Below are positions 37,611 to 50,895 of a stretch of 64,000 nt of DNA, piece by piece. This DNA comes from Bugula neritina (Eukaryota; Animalia; Bryozoa). A program made the translations under genes and the position numbers. Where the stretch lies: positions 29,466,628 through 29,530,627 of the forward strand of contig OZ037767.1 in the NCBI GenBank assembly GCA_964035545.1, in the 5' to 3' direction. Within the stretch, counting starts at the first letter, position 1. Each line of letters opens with the position of its first letter. Below the pieces are notes generated by a model. That model had not been told where the DNA came from and did not search any database. It was given only the letters and a program-made list of their open reading frames with translations.

Positions 37611-38203
37611 ATGGCAGAACCTGACAACATTCAACAAGTGGTTGATATAGTTGATGGTGAAGAGTGGTTTGTAGATCCACAAACATCTTATAATATATAA
37701 CAGGTAACTTTAACTGTACGACTTTAATATACATCTTTTGGTGTTAACTAGGAATTTAGTGTGTATCTATAACACATTCAGTGTAATTTAGCTATAAGAT
37801 CTCACAACTTGTGATGAAAAAGATTGATTTTCACCTAAAAATTAAGTTATAAGAAAAGTTGCAATTGCATTAATTATTACTAAATCAGTTACAGCAGCAT
37901 TTTGTGTGCTCAGATATTTTAACACTCTGTAATTAGCTGTCTCAGTTTGATAGATAGAGTTCTATTAATATACAACATGAGGCAGTAGATTTATAGATTG
38001 GCATTCATATTTCTTAATATAGTATACCAATATAGAATTCTATGCTATAATATATAACATAAACTATTTAGTTTATGTTATATTATATTATGTTATAAAT
38101 TCTTATTTTAAGATATATATCATTTTTAATAATTATATTGTTGCTTTATTTGTAGGAATATGTATACTCTTTCAGATTATTCAACAAACTCCATATCCAA
38201 TGA
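37611..38203 (+). pseudogene. Microprotein copy 2 (type B), with an in-frame TAA: MAEPDNIQQVVDIVDGEEWFVDPQTSYNI*Q-EYVYSFRLFNKLHIQ. Exons 37611-37703 and 38156-38203
   Basis: Clear paralog with a stop at 37698-37700, one codon before the donor. It also lacks the TATA box present in copies 3-5. Confidence 0.55.
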
Positions 38204-39352
38204 GAAAGATGATGAACCTTACATTCCTACCACAAGCTAGATAGTATTATATACATACAAATAGAGCTAGCATATATTATGCTCATAGTTATAGCTTAAA
38301 GTATATAACCTATGGTTTATATGTTTAAAAACTTGTCCTCTAAAATACAAAATTCAATAAGTAAATGCAAGCTTTATTGTATTTTAACTGTTTGTATTTT
38401 TTCAATTTTTGCCTCTATAGAGGTTTACATTATGTATGATAATTGGAAATGTGTTATTTCAATATTCTTTTAATAACAGCACATGTATATCACAGCGATA
38501 TTAGCTCATTCGGCTATATAACATTATGTTATTAGGTCATCATCATTTACAGCTCAAACAAACTTACCACGTCTTAAGTAACAATATTACAATATAATAT
38601 GCAAATATATTATTATGTCACAATACTCATTAAATTGGGAGTTATTCTTTCATGTGATTAATAATTATTAAAACAACTTTCACAGCAACAATGAGAAAGT
38701 CACATACAGCCATTATGAGCCAAATGTTTTTATAAATTATTGAGTATGATTTGCCAGAAAAGATTCTATAAAACAAAAGAAGTTCAAAAGTCATCTATGT
38801 TGATAATACCATGAATGAGTAAATGTCATAACTCCATATTATTGTAATGACAAAGTTGTTTAACTCCACCCGCCACCAGAATGGTAGAAGTAGTATACTT
38901 TTAGTAGTAGTGTATTCTAAATATTTCATATATCCAATTATAGACTTGGTGTTTTAGTAGTGAGAGAGATAGATGAAAGTTCTCTTCATTGAGTACTGTT
39001 GTACTTGCAACATTCTAGTAGTAATGTTATTTGTGTAATACAAATGATGCAAGATTTGATTGGTCTAATCTCTATAGGTAACTGTGCATGTGCATTGCTC
39101 AATGCTGGAGTACAGCTATGAGTTTGCATAATAAATTATATTCAGGGAATTTCCCATTGACTATTAGAATATCACATCTGAACAATGAACTCAGTATATG
39201 GCTCAGTATTCTATCAAAAAAGGTCATAACATGAAATAGCATACTTCCTTTTGACTAGGGTACTATTATACATTGAAAGGAAAATTGATGTCAGTGTTAG
39301 ATATATTGAACTATTTTTGATTGGACATCTTTTATAGGTCAGGCGAAAAAGT

Positions 39353-39590
39353 TTTGACTCAGTCAAACTCAGTCAGGAGAATTACTCATTGAGTTAAGTC
39401 AAAGCAGTTTACCTCTCACCAAAGCCTCACTGGATTCATGCGAATTTATACATCTATATCACTAATATTTGCTTACCTTAATGAAAAGAAGTATATTTGA
39501 TGCATATAAGTCTTACCATTCAACAGTTGACCACTGGTGGCAGAGGACTAGCTTGTGAGACTGTCAGAGTTTTATATAAGAGAGTTGGAA
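39353..39590 (+). promoter_or_regulatory. Conserved promoter of the microprotein genes (palindrome TTTGACTCAGTCAAA, conserved block, TATATAA)
   Basis: Palindrome at 37156, 39353 and 52062. TATATAA at 39573, 48754 and 52214, followed by a non-coding first exon ending AG|GTAAAA. Confidence 0.55.
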
Positions 39591-39764
39591 TACTTATATT
39601 AGAAGGTAACTAAAGAAGTAAAGTACAACACTAGAAGGTAAAATACTGTTTATTACTATAACTAGTGACTGTATATTTTCTCAGAGTTTTATTAAAATCT
39701 ATGTAACATATCAAGAATTCATTATAGCCAGTAGACTGTTAATCATAGGTTACTAGATACTAAA

Positions 39765-40334
39765 ATGGCAGAACCTGACAACATACAACAGGTGGTTGAT
39801 ATAGATGATGAGGAGTGGCATGTAGATCTACAGACATCTTATAACTTGTAAGTTTAACTTTCAATACTTATATATACCTTATTTATTATGGGCTTTGGTA
39901 TTTACATTCATATATATTGTACATGCTACACTGATGACATCATATTAGCTGTTGCTCTGCTAACATTATTTTATTATTGAAGTGGAGGCAAGGTTTCTGT
40001 CAAATAGTGTAGCAATTAGAAAGTTGCCACTCATACTAAAGCAGTTTCAATATTAAAAGCAGACTAAAGGGTTGACTTAGCACTCTTTTTTAACTCTTTG
40101 GATCTATAATTATAAAAGCCAGACTTATTTGATCTGTTTATTGGTTATGACAGAGCTTGCATGGTTTAAGTTGCGTTTATACCTCTGCTGAAAAAAGTAC
40201 CGAGTTTAAGTTAATAATGCTTGTCCGGGTATAAAGGTATAAAGGCAACTTTAGACTTGCAAAATATATACATAATATTTCTCTATTGTTTTAGTATAAT
40301 TTCTACTTCTGGAGTGACCAACAGACTGACGTAG
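39765..40334 (+). CDS. Microprotein copy 3, 40 aa: MAEPDNIQQVVDIDDEEWHVDLQTSYN-FIISTSGVTNRLT. Exons 39765-39847 and 40295-40334
   Basis: Conserved ATG, splice sites and stop; synonymous differences from paralogs. Confidence 0.7.
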
Positions 40335-42167
40335 TGAACAGCTAATGAGATATACTTTATATTCTAATTACAGAAATATCAGTTTTTGTTTGCTACAACA
40401 TTTCAGTCCTTCAGCATTCATACAACATTCCTTCGATGCAGATAGGTGCATGTGCAACTAATTCTGAAATATTATTAACTTTAAAAATATTGCATCACTA
40501 TACACTTTTTATGTAAACATTTTAATCAGTTAGTATGCTGGTAACAATCTGCATCTCCTATTACAAATAAGGTAATGCAGATAACATAGAGTACAGCAGA
40601 AAGTAGATTTAACTTTACAAGAACACAATGTTATATAAAATTTTTAATATTATGTACATTTGTAATTTCTGTAATTTATAATGTTTGAACTGACTAGTTA
40701 CATTATATAGTGTTCATGATTGCATATGTTACTGGAAGTCACTTTTCATTGATTTGGTATAATAACTATGTATCCATTGTGTATTTGGCAGTTGCATTTT
40801 TTATATGTTATTTTAATTAAGCTGCAATATTTGTGTCTATATATGTTTGTTATGTTATGTAAACATATACATGATTATATATAAATCCCACAATGTTTTT
40901 ATTGTGATTAATGATACCAAAAGTATTGATTCTGTAGATTGTGTATCCTAAAAAAAGTTACACAATGTAGGGCATTGTTGAAATTAAATCTGCCTGCAAC
41001 ACAAATTACATTCATAAACAAACTAAATCTTTTGTTAGGGGAACTTGACTATAAAGACTCTTATTATATGTAGGTCACTTTTTTGTTAGGTATACTAGTC
41101 AATTAGTGTAAATCAATATAGCAGAAGCTACTATTAGCTAATGTTTTATACTTCGATTGCATGATTGGCTTGACAATTAAGCAAGTAGATAAGTTTAAGA
41201 GAGTTGAGGAGTTGTCCAACCTAAATGTTGGCTTAATGATTAGTTCAGTATACAGCACAAGCCACATTACACTTGTAATATGTCAGACAGTGCCAGAGTT
41301 AAATTACTGAGGTTAGATTTAGTGCGTTCGAGCAAGTTAAATAAAACTACTAACGCACAATAAATATACAACCATAATAATTATACACCTTTGCAATATA
41401 TTACATAAAGTTTCCAAAAAGATATATATGGAATAGAGCGAATATGTTTTTTACACTATGCATGATATTTTGGCGCTATTTTATTAAACTAATGCAGTAA
41501 TTAATCAGTATATGACCAATGTGAGTCATGGAGATTGAAACATTCTATGATAATAATTATTTAAGTGTTAGCTTTCACTGAAAAGTTACACATTCTACAT
41601 TAATTACAAACAATAATTATTATAGAAAAATAAGAATTTCTTTTAAGTTTTCTGTATCTTCAAATGTTGAAACATTATTATATATAGTTTGTGTAGGCAG
41701 TCAGAAGGTTATAATTTATACTAAATTATATAACAAGTAACTCAATAATAAATGTTAGCAAAACTTTCTTCAATTATCATATGTAGAAGCGCAAAGAGCA
41801 TGTAATTTTTACATCTGCCAGTCACTAAAATTATTCTCTTTTTATACAGCAAGCCTTACAGCTTATCATATGATTGGATAAACCATAAAGACATTATTCT
41901 GTAAAAAAAGCATATTAAACTCTCTAACAATAACTTTTATTAGCCACCACGGTTTCATCTCAAAATCAAGATAATAGGCCTATTATGCTATACAGTATAC
42001 ATCATACAAAGACTGTTCACTATTACTACTTTTTAGACATGATCTCATTATCTTAATTAGATAAAAGCTTGTATCATTCTGCTCTAAACAAATAAAAATG
42101 ATAGCTTTTTAAACAAATTAAATTGAAACGACAAGTTATCTAGCTGTTGAAAATCTGAAATCTGAAA

Positions 42168-43098
42168 CTACAGTCCATGGAACTGAGAAGGAGGTCTGGT
42201 CTCCAAGTACGACTTGATCTTTTCATTAGAAGTGAACTTTGCAGCAAACTCAGTGGTCCATGGAGTAAAGTCCATGATGTCAGGGAAGGGAACTCTACAC
42301 AACTCTAGACCTGTGTATAACCAGATGTCTGCCAAACCTATCTGCAAAGGGGAGGTAATTACTATAACAGCGTCGTGCTATTAAGGAGTAAAAGAGAAGA
42401 GCATAGTAAAAAAGCTCACAATATTCAGCACCTGCATGATGGCAGTTTATAAATGTTGTATGTGTACTAACAAACCTCACGAATGTTGACATTTAACTGA
42501 AATTTGGACAGCATTAAATGTGCATGTGGCCTTTTAGTGTATTAAATTTAATAAATTTAAGTTTCAAAAGTACTTATTGTGAAGGGTTGTATTAGAAAGT
42601 AAGCTAAAAACACAAATTTCTCTTGCTGGAAATGTTTAACCATTTAACAGTCTAAGTACCCTGACATTTTGAGTAGTACATGTATATATGATTATATAAT
42701 TAGAAGAAACCTAAGATGACAAAAAAATTTCTATATATGTATAAACTTAGTATCTCTTAATACTTTAATACACTTTAGTATTTTCAGCATTATAATACTA
42801 AACAACCTATTCTTCATAAAATATAGAAAGTGATTAACTTACACTCTTATACCTTATAACTTACCTCATCTGACACTATATACTCTTTGCCCTCCTTCTC
42901 AGCTATAGATTGTATGTAAAGCAACCTTTTAGTTATATACTCTTTGACTTCCTCTTTTACTTCAGCAAAGTTCTCTGGCTCAGGAACACCAAATAGTACG
43001 TGCTTGTAGATATTCTGACCGGTGTAGTTTATAAACTCCATGGTTACTTCTACAACCAAATCGTGGGTTGTCTCCTCTCTTAGATTGTCTCCCATTAA
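42168..43098 (-). pseudogene. 5'-truncated duplicate of the GST (last two exons only: 42865-43098 and 42168-42341)
   Basis: Near-identical to exons 3-4 of the GST at 55976-58068. Homology ends at the LINE 5' end, and exons 1-2 are not found beyond the LINE. Confidence 0.85.
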
Positions 43099-43099
43099 C

Positions 43100-46000
43100 T
43101 AATCTTTCTTAAAAAGTTGTAAAAATTTTTTGTTCGATATGGCTGCTATTCCTGACTGTATGAGTTATACTGTTGATTCATTTAATACCAATATAAGTAA
43201 AGGTTTTCGTATTATACATTGTAATATTTGCAGCATAAAAAAAAACTTTAATCGTCTTCTTGAACTAGGTTGTCAGAAATCAAATCCCCTTTTCACATTA
43301 TATGCTTAAGTGAAACTTTTTTATATGACTACCAACATTCTTTCTTTCCGATTCCAATTATGTATTTGTAGGTGACAGTCGTCCTACTAGATGTGCATGG
43401 AGGCGCGGGGGTCTACGTGCATAATAGCCTGGCGGTCACGGAGACGTTTCCAGTGGAGCTCGCTGGTGCGGAGGTTGTGTCGTTGAGGATTGCTGGGACT
43501 GGTGAGAGGTCGCTCATTCTTACATCTATCTATCGTTCTCCAGGGTCGGATGTCGGTAGGTTTCTTACAGATCTAAACCTGTATATGGCCACCCGGAAAT
43601 AGAGAGGTATGATCATATCATCACTGGTGACCTTAACATTAACACCTTCAGTCCTAATTTAGCCGACTACCTTGATATCATTCACCAATATAACTTTTAC
43701 AACCTGATTACTGTTCCCACTTGCATCTCAGGAATTTCTCAAACATGTATCGATCACATCCTAGTTAATTTCTACTCTCACAATATCACATCTGGAACTA
43801 TTCTTAAAGACACGTCAGATCACCTTCCTGTATTCGCCATTTTTGACAAATTTGAAAATCAAAAATCTACACAAGTATATAAGAGGTGTTATAAAAAAAT
43901 ATAAACCAGAAAAATTACATGAAATACTTGGGAAAACAAATTGGGAAGAGCTGGTTTTTAGCATTCCATGTGTTGAAACAGCTTACAATATTTTTTTAGC
44001 AAAAACTTCCGAAGTGTTTAACTCTGTTGCTCCAATTGTGGAGCATGACCCAACTGTCAAAACACTGTACAAAAACCCCTGGATGACGCCTAATCTTTTG
44101 AAGCAAATCAAGAAAAAAAATGCACTTTTTAATAAGCATAAATCATTTCCGTTCAGCCCTAAACTGAAGTCTTGTTATGTAAAACAGCGCAACAACTTTT
44201 CCCGCTTGATAAAAGAAGCCAAGGAAATTTATTATGAGCTTGTAATATCAAAACAATCATCAGATCCCAGAAAGCTGTGGAACACCATCAACACAGCTTT
44301 AGGCCGTAAAAACAAGCCAAAACAAGCTCTCAATAAAATCCAGCTACCAGATTCAAGCGTTGTCACAAATTCTATAGAAATAGCTTATTCTTTTAACAAA
44401 TATTTTACTGAAATTGGCCCCAATCTAGCTAAAAAAATCCCGGAAATATGTAATAGCCCTGCAACACACTTCACAGAAGATTTTAAAAAATTTGAATTTT
44501 CAATTGTGGATGAGGATGATGTTTTAAAGCAGATGAAAAATATTAATTTATGAGCACAAAGCGGAAGGCCTGGATGGAATTGCTCCTAGACTAGTCAAAG
44601 ATAGTGCTGATTTTCTTGCGGCCCTTTCACACACATAATAAACAACTCTATCCTTAGCTGTATCGTACCATCTAAAATGAAAAGTGCCAAAGTTTTGCCT
44701 ATATACAAACATAAAGGAAATAAATTATCTTTAAATAATTATAGACCTATATCGATCCTACCTATTTTTTCAAAGATTTACGAGAAAGTTATCAACACCC
44801 AAATTCAAAATCATTTGTATGATGAACAAATAATATCAAGCTCCCAATATGGATTCCAAAAATTGAAGGGAGCTCACGATGTCTTGATTAAATTTGCTAA
44901 TAATGCGTTTTCCGCCCTAAACTCGAGTTTGGTTGTCTTTGGAATTTTTATAGACTTTTCAAAAGCTTTCGATACAATAGATCGCCATATTCTCACTAAA
45001 AAACTGAGTAGTGTAAATTTTTCTAACGAGTCTGTCAAACTAATACAGCACTATTTAAGTGACCGAACTCAATGCATTTTCCTAAACAATGTTAACCTCA
45101 GCTCCACTAAAGATCAATTTTAGGGTACCGCAAGGTTCGATTTTAGGTCCTACATTATTCCTACTATATATAAATGACATGATTAAAAGTCCGCAATTCT
45201 TTAACAGCATCTTATTTGCCGATGACACAAATCTTTTTTTTTCATAGCAAAAATCTTAATCACGAAATTTAAACAATAAATAGAAATCTTGAAAGAATAA
45301 AGATCTGGTGCTTCACAAACAAATTAACCCTCAACATCAAAAAGACAAATTTCATTATTGTTAAGAATCCGCAAAATAAACTTCATATCTCCCAACCTCT
45401 TTTTATAAACAATACCGAAATTAACAATGCAGAATCAATCAAATTTCTAGGAATCACAATTGATAAAAATTTAAATTGGGCTACCCATATCGAAAACCTT
45501 CGAAATACACTACGCCAAAATCTGGAACTGATCTATGTAGCTTCCACCTTTCTACCTCGCAAAGTTTTAATTCTATTATATAATAGCCTAATAAATAGTA
45601 AAGTTGTATATTGCTTAGAAGCCTGGGGCAATGCCCCATCCATTTACCTAAATAAAATTTTAACTATTCAAAAAAGACTACTTCGTATAATTTTTCACAA
45701 ACCACCTCGATTTCACGCAGCATCTTTATATAAGGAATCTAAAATATTACCAATTTATGAACTCTATAAACTTCGAATTTGTCTACTCGCCCATTCTGAA
45801 TTTTCGTTATGCCTAGCATCTAACTACCTTCCTCCCTACCCAACCAGACATGCTCCTCTCAGTCTCCCCTTGCCACTCTCCACTACTGCGTGTGGCCATA
45901 GTCAGGTTACCTATCAGATGGCCGACGCCTGGAACTCTCTCCCAAAACATCTGAGGGAGATATGAAGTAGGAGTGAGTTTGCGGTGGCCTTGAAGCAGTT

Positions 46001-46183
46001 CCTGCTTGACTCACTGATTTAGGGTCCGCGCCCTGCGGGCTCTGCTGGCTGCTACCTCTGGGTCCAGCACCTCGACTAGCTTTGCTATTGTGCATATGAA
46101 CCCTCATCACTGATTTTTTTCTATTTTTCAACCTATGACATAAACTATTATTTGATGAAAATACAAACAAACAAACAAACAAA
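43100..46183 (+). mobile_element. Decayed non-LTR retrotransposon (CR1/L2-group-like) ORF2: APE endonuclease + reverse transcriptase
   Basis: Endonuclease motifs IIHCNICS, GGAGVYV, SIYRSP, ITGDLNIN, TCIDHI, SDHLPV. RT motifs YRPISILPIFSKIYEK, QYGF, FIDFSKAFD, VPQGSILGP, LFADDT. Several frameshifts and stops; 3' (CAAA)n tail. Confidence 0.95.
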
Positions 46184-47513
46184 AGTGCCAAATTTAAACT
46201 GCTGAGCCAGATAGTTTACTGACGTGGTGCAAAGGGCATGTCTACCTGGTACAGCTAGTATATCATGCTCAATTTTCAAACTGTTATTATCTGTGTTTTA
46301 TCACTATATGTCTCCATGCATGCATCAAATTGATTTCCTAAAGGATTCTCTTATTGAATTATGCTAGTATAAATCTCAATAAATTTTGCTAAATTTGATT
46401 TTTGGTTGTTGTGGATACAGTAGAAACTAAGCTACAGGATTTCTATTGGTTAAAAGTTTACTGCGGGGCTAGAGACAGTTAGCTTTCAGCATTTGTAGTG
46501 AACTGTAGTGTGATCAGCAAAAAGTAGGAAGTGACGTTAAAGGCAGCTCCAAAAACGCACTCACAGTCAAGTTTCGTTTGTAGTATGCTCGCTAGTAGCA
46601 CGTGAAATAAGTAAAGACATTTAAAAAATCAGGGCTAACCTGCCAGTCAGTGATTGGCTGATCGCTGAACGCTGAAGTTGAGCGTTTGCCATGTCGAACT
46701 TTCATCGCATCGCAAAAAACTGACAGTTGCGTTCAGAAATCAAACAGTTGTGATGTCACAGAGTTCAACGCTTAGCCTCGAAAACGAGTTTACAGTCGCG
46801 TTTTAACTGCAGTCTGTCAACCCCATACACTCATATGTAATTGATTGTTATTGAAAGAATGGAGCTTCCCTAGACAAATATGTATTTACACTATGCATGA
46901 TATTTTTGGTGCCATGTTATTAAACTAATGCGGCAATTAATATATGACCGATGTGAGTCATAGAGATTGAAGAACTGTATAATAATTATTCTAACATTAG
47001 CATTATAGATAACACCTAAATTGTTTTATAAAAAAGCTTTCATTGAAAACTTACAAATTCTACATTAACTGCAAGCAAGAATTATTATGAAAAACAAGAA
47101 TTTATTTCAAGTTTTTTGTTTTCCGATATCTTCAAATGTTGAAACATTATTATATAGTTTGCGTAGGCAGTAAGGAGATTATACTATATACCAAATTATA
47201 CATGTAACTCAATAATAAATATTAGCACAGCTATCTTCAATTATCATATAGAAGCACAAAGAACATATAACTTTTTCCATCCTTAAATAACTATAACTAT
47301 TTTTCTTTTATATACAGAAAGTCTTTTTGGCAACATTAAATGCAAATATTTAATTTAGGTGTTGCCTTTCCAATTGCAATTTGTGGAAGGACAACTCCAC
47401 CTTTCAAAAATATAAATTATAATTTCCGCTTTCATAAATAAATACAGTAGCATATAAACAATTTGAGACTATATTGTCATTTTTACTAAATATTATTGTT
47501 GTTTTATTTGCAG

Positions 47514-47561
47514 AAATATGTATACTCTTTCAGATTATTCAACAAGCGCCATAGCCAATGA
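47514..47561 (+). other. Orphan type-B terminal exon of the microprotein family (KYVYSFRLFNKRHSQ*)
   Basis: TTTGCAG acceptor; homologous to 38156-38203; no leader exon immediately upstream. Confidence 0.5.
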
Positions 47562-48945
47562 GAGAGATGCATGGGTATTACATAGTTCCTACTACAAGCT
47601 AAATAAATAAATACATACAAATAGAGCTAGCATATATTATGTTCATAGGTATAGCTTAATGCATTTATATAATTTAAGGTTTATATGTTTAAAAACTTAA
47701 CCACCAAAATACAAAATTCAATAAGGAAATGCAAACTTTATTTTAACTTATTTTGCATTTTTTAATTTTAACCTCTAGTGATTTACATTATATGTAATAA
47801 TTGTAAATGTGTTATTTCAATATTCTTTTAATAACAGCACATGTATATCACAGCGATATTAGCTCATTCGGCTATATAACAATATGTTATTAAATCTTCA
47901 TCATTTACAGCTCAAGCAAAATTACCACCTTAAGTAATAATATATGCAAATATATTATTATGTCACAATACTCATTAAATTGGGAGTTATTCTTTCATGT
48001 GATTAATAATTATTAAAACAACTTTTACAGCAACAATGAGAAAGTCACATACAGTTATCATGAACCAAATGCTTTTATAAATTATTGAGTATGATTTGCC
48101 AAAAAAGATTCTATAAAAAAGAAGAAGTTCAAAATTCATTGTTGTTGGTAATACTATGAATGAGTTATCATAACTCCATATTGTAATGACAAAGTGGTTC
48201 AACTCCACATGCCATCAGAATGGTAGAAGTAGTATATTTTCAGTAGTAGTGTATTTTAAATACTTCATATCTAATTATAGACTTAGTATTTTAGTAGTGA
48301 GAGATAGATGAGAGTCATCTTCATTGAGTACTGCTTTACTTGCAACATTCTAGTAGTAATGTTATTTATATGTGGTGTAAATGATGCAAGATTTCATTGG
48401 TCTATACTCTATAAAATCTCTAGGTAACTGCATGTGCACGTGCTTTAAGGTACAATGAGTACAATGAGCACAACTATGCCAATGGCTAGGGTACGTAATG
48501 CTAGTAATGCTACCGTAGTAATGTCGATCACATCCTGGAAATTCCAATAAAAGAACGGGGAGCTTAAATGATCATATGAATGAATTAGTCAAGCGGTGCT
48601 CCACTTTGTGCTCCGTGCTTTTGTAAATCTATCATTACTAATAAATATTTGCTTATGTTAAGGAAGAGAAGTATATTTCACGCATAAGGCTTACTACCAT
48701 TTAACAGTTGACCACAGGTGGCAGAGGACTAGCTCATAAGACTGTCACAGTTTTATATAAGAGAGTTGGAATATTTATATTAGAAAGTAACTAAAGAAGT
48801 AAAATACAACACTACAAGGTAAAATACTCTTTATTACTATAAATAGTGACTGTATATTTTCTCAGAGTTTTATTAAAATCTATGTAACATATCAAGAATT
48901 CATTATAGCCAATAGAGTGTTAATCATAGGTTACTGGATACTAAA

Positions 48946-49452
48946 ATGGCAGAACCTGACAACATTCAACAGGTGGTTGATATAGATGATGAAGATTGGT
49001 TTGTAGATCTACAGACATCTTATAACTTGTAAGTTTAACTTTTAATACTTATATATATCTTATGCATTATAGACTTCGATATTTACATTCATATATACTG
49101 TACATGCTACACTGATGACATCATATTAGCTGTTGATCTACTTACATTAGTTTATTATTGAAGTGGAGGCAAGGCTAAAAAAACTATAGCATGGGTTTTA
49201 TCAAATAGTGTAGCAAAGAAAGGTACCACCCATAGTAGAGCGGTTTAGATATAAAAACGAAACTAAATAGTGACATATAGCACTCCTTATGCTTTGGTTT
49301 TGCTTATAATAAAAGCCAGGGATAGTTTTATCTATTCACTGGTTACATTAAACTGCACAGAACTTAGTTTAGACCTTCAACATATATACATAATATTTTA
49401 CTATTGTTTTAGTATAATTTCTACTTCCGGAGTGACCAATAGACTGACGTAG
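48946..49452 (+). CDS. Microprotein copy 4, 40 aa: MAEPDNIQQVVDIDDEDWFVDLQTSYN-FIISTSGVTNRLT. Exons 48946-49028 and 49413-49452
   Basis: Same structure as copy 3; TATA box at 48754. Confidence 0.7.
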
Positions 49453-50847
49453 TGAACAGCTAATGAGATATACTTTACATTCTAATTACAGAAATATCAG
49501 TTTTTGTTTGCTACAACATTTCAGTCTTTCAGCATTCATACGACATTCCTTCGATGCAGATAGCTATATCAATTTTAAAAATATTGCATCACCTTGACTT
49601 TTATGTATCTAATATATTATAGTGTTTTATTCAGTTTATAAGTTTATAACTGATATACTATTTACAACCTTCCTTTTCATCATGCAGTTCAAAAAATTCA
49701 AAGTTGCATGTAATGCCCTCTATAAAGTTGGTGATGATTTATATTTCAATTTATTATATCATTTATTATAAATTACATAACATTACTCTTGCTGGCTTAT
49801 GTCAGCTTAATAGGCATATGTATTATCATAGCTATGTTAGCTACAATTATATTATGTTTTTCTCTATTGTGATTGGTTAATATATACAGCCATTTTAGTT
49901 ACCACATAAAGGCTATCTTTTTAGACTTTAGACTACAAATACAAACCCAGCACTTTCTGTTATTCACTCTCCTTCATTTACAATCTGTGCCGATAAATAC
50001 ACACCTCTATTGAAACACTACAGTTATATTATTAGTATTTATTGAATTGTGACATTAGTGCATTCATGAAACAACCGACACAGAAAAAATATACAATCAT
50101 ATATAAAGCTTTGCAATATATTATATATAAGTCCCAAAGAGATATATACACTCATATGTTGATTGTTATTGAACAAATGAAGCTCCCTCGGACAGATATG
50201 TATTTACACTATGCATGATATTTTGGTGTTATGTTATTAAACTAATGTGGTAATTAATCAGTATAGGACTGATGTGAGTCATGAAGATTGAAAAACTGTA
50301 TGATAATTATTCAAATGTTAACATTATGTATAACACCTAAATTGTTTTATAAAAAAAGCTTTCATTGAAAAGTTACAAATTTTTCATTACTGTAACTACA
50401 AGTAAGAATTATTTTAAAAAAACAAGAATTTATTTCAAGCTTTTTGCATTCCAGCATCTTCAAATATTGAAACATTACTATATAGTTTGCGTAGGCAGTA
50501 AGGAGGTTATACTATATACCAAATTATACTTGTATAACTCAATAATAAATGTTAGCACAACTATCGTCAATCATCATATATAATAGAAGCACAAAGAACA
50601 TATAACTTTATCCATCCTTAAGTAACTAAAACTATTCTTCTTTTATATACAGAAAGTCTTTTTGGCAACATTAAATGCAAATATTCAATTTAGGTATTGC
50701 CTTTCCAATTGCAATTTGTGGAAGGAAAGCTCTACCTTTCAAAAATATGAATTAGAATCTGTGATTTCATAAATAAATATACCATATATAAAATATCATT
50801 TTAGGTAATATTATTTTTACTAGATATTATTGTTGCTTTATTTGCAG

Positions 50848-50895
50848 GAATATTTATACCCCTTCAGATTAATAAGCAAACTCCATAGCCAATAA
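50848..50895 (+). other. Orphan type-B terminal exon (EYLYPFRLISKLHSQ*)
   Basis: TTTGCAG acceptor; same length and stop position as the other two B exons. Confidence 0.5.

Noticed and set aside
37698-37700. Selenocysteine or programmed readthrough in microprotein copy 2
   Set aside because: The stop is TAA, not TGA, and this copy also lost its TATA box; pseudogenisation or truncation is simpler.
45907-46191. 94-aa minus-strand ORF
   Set aside because: Antisense to the LINE 3' end and tail.
46420-46830. GC-richer, CpG-containing patch that may be a transposon fragment (a similar patch lies at ~34740-34870)
   Set aside because: No TIR pair, TSD or coding motif could be demonstrated.
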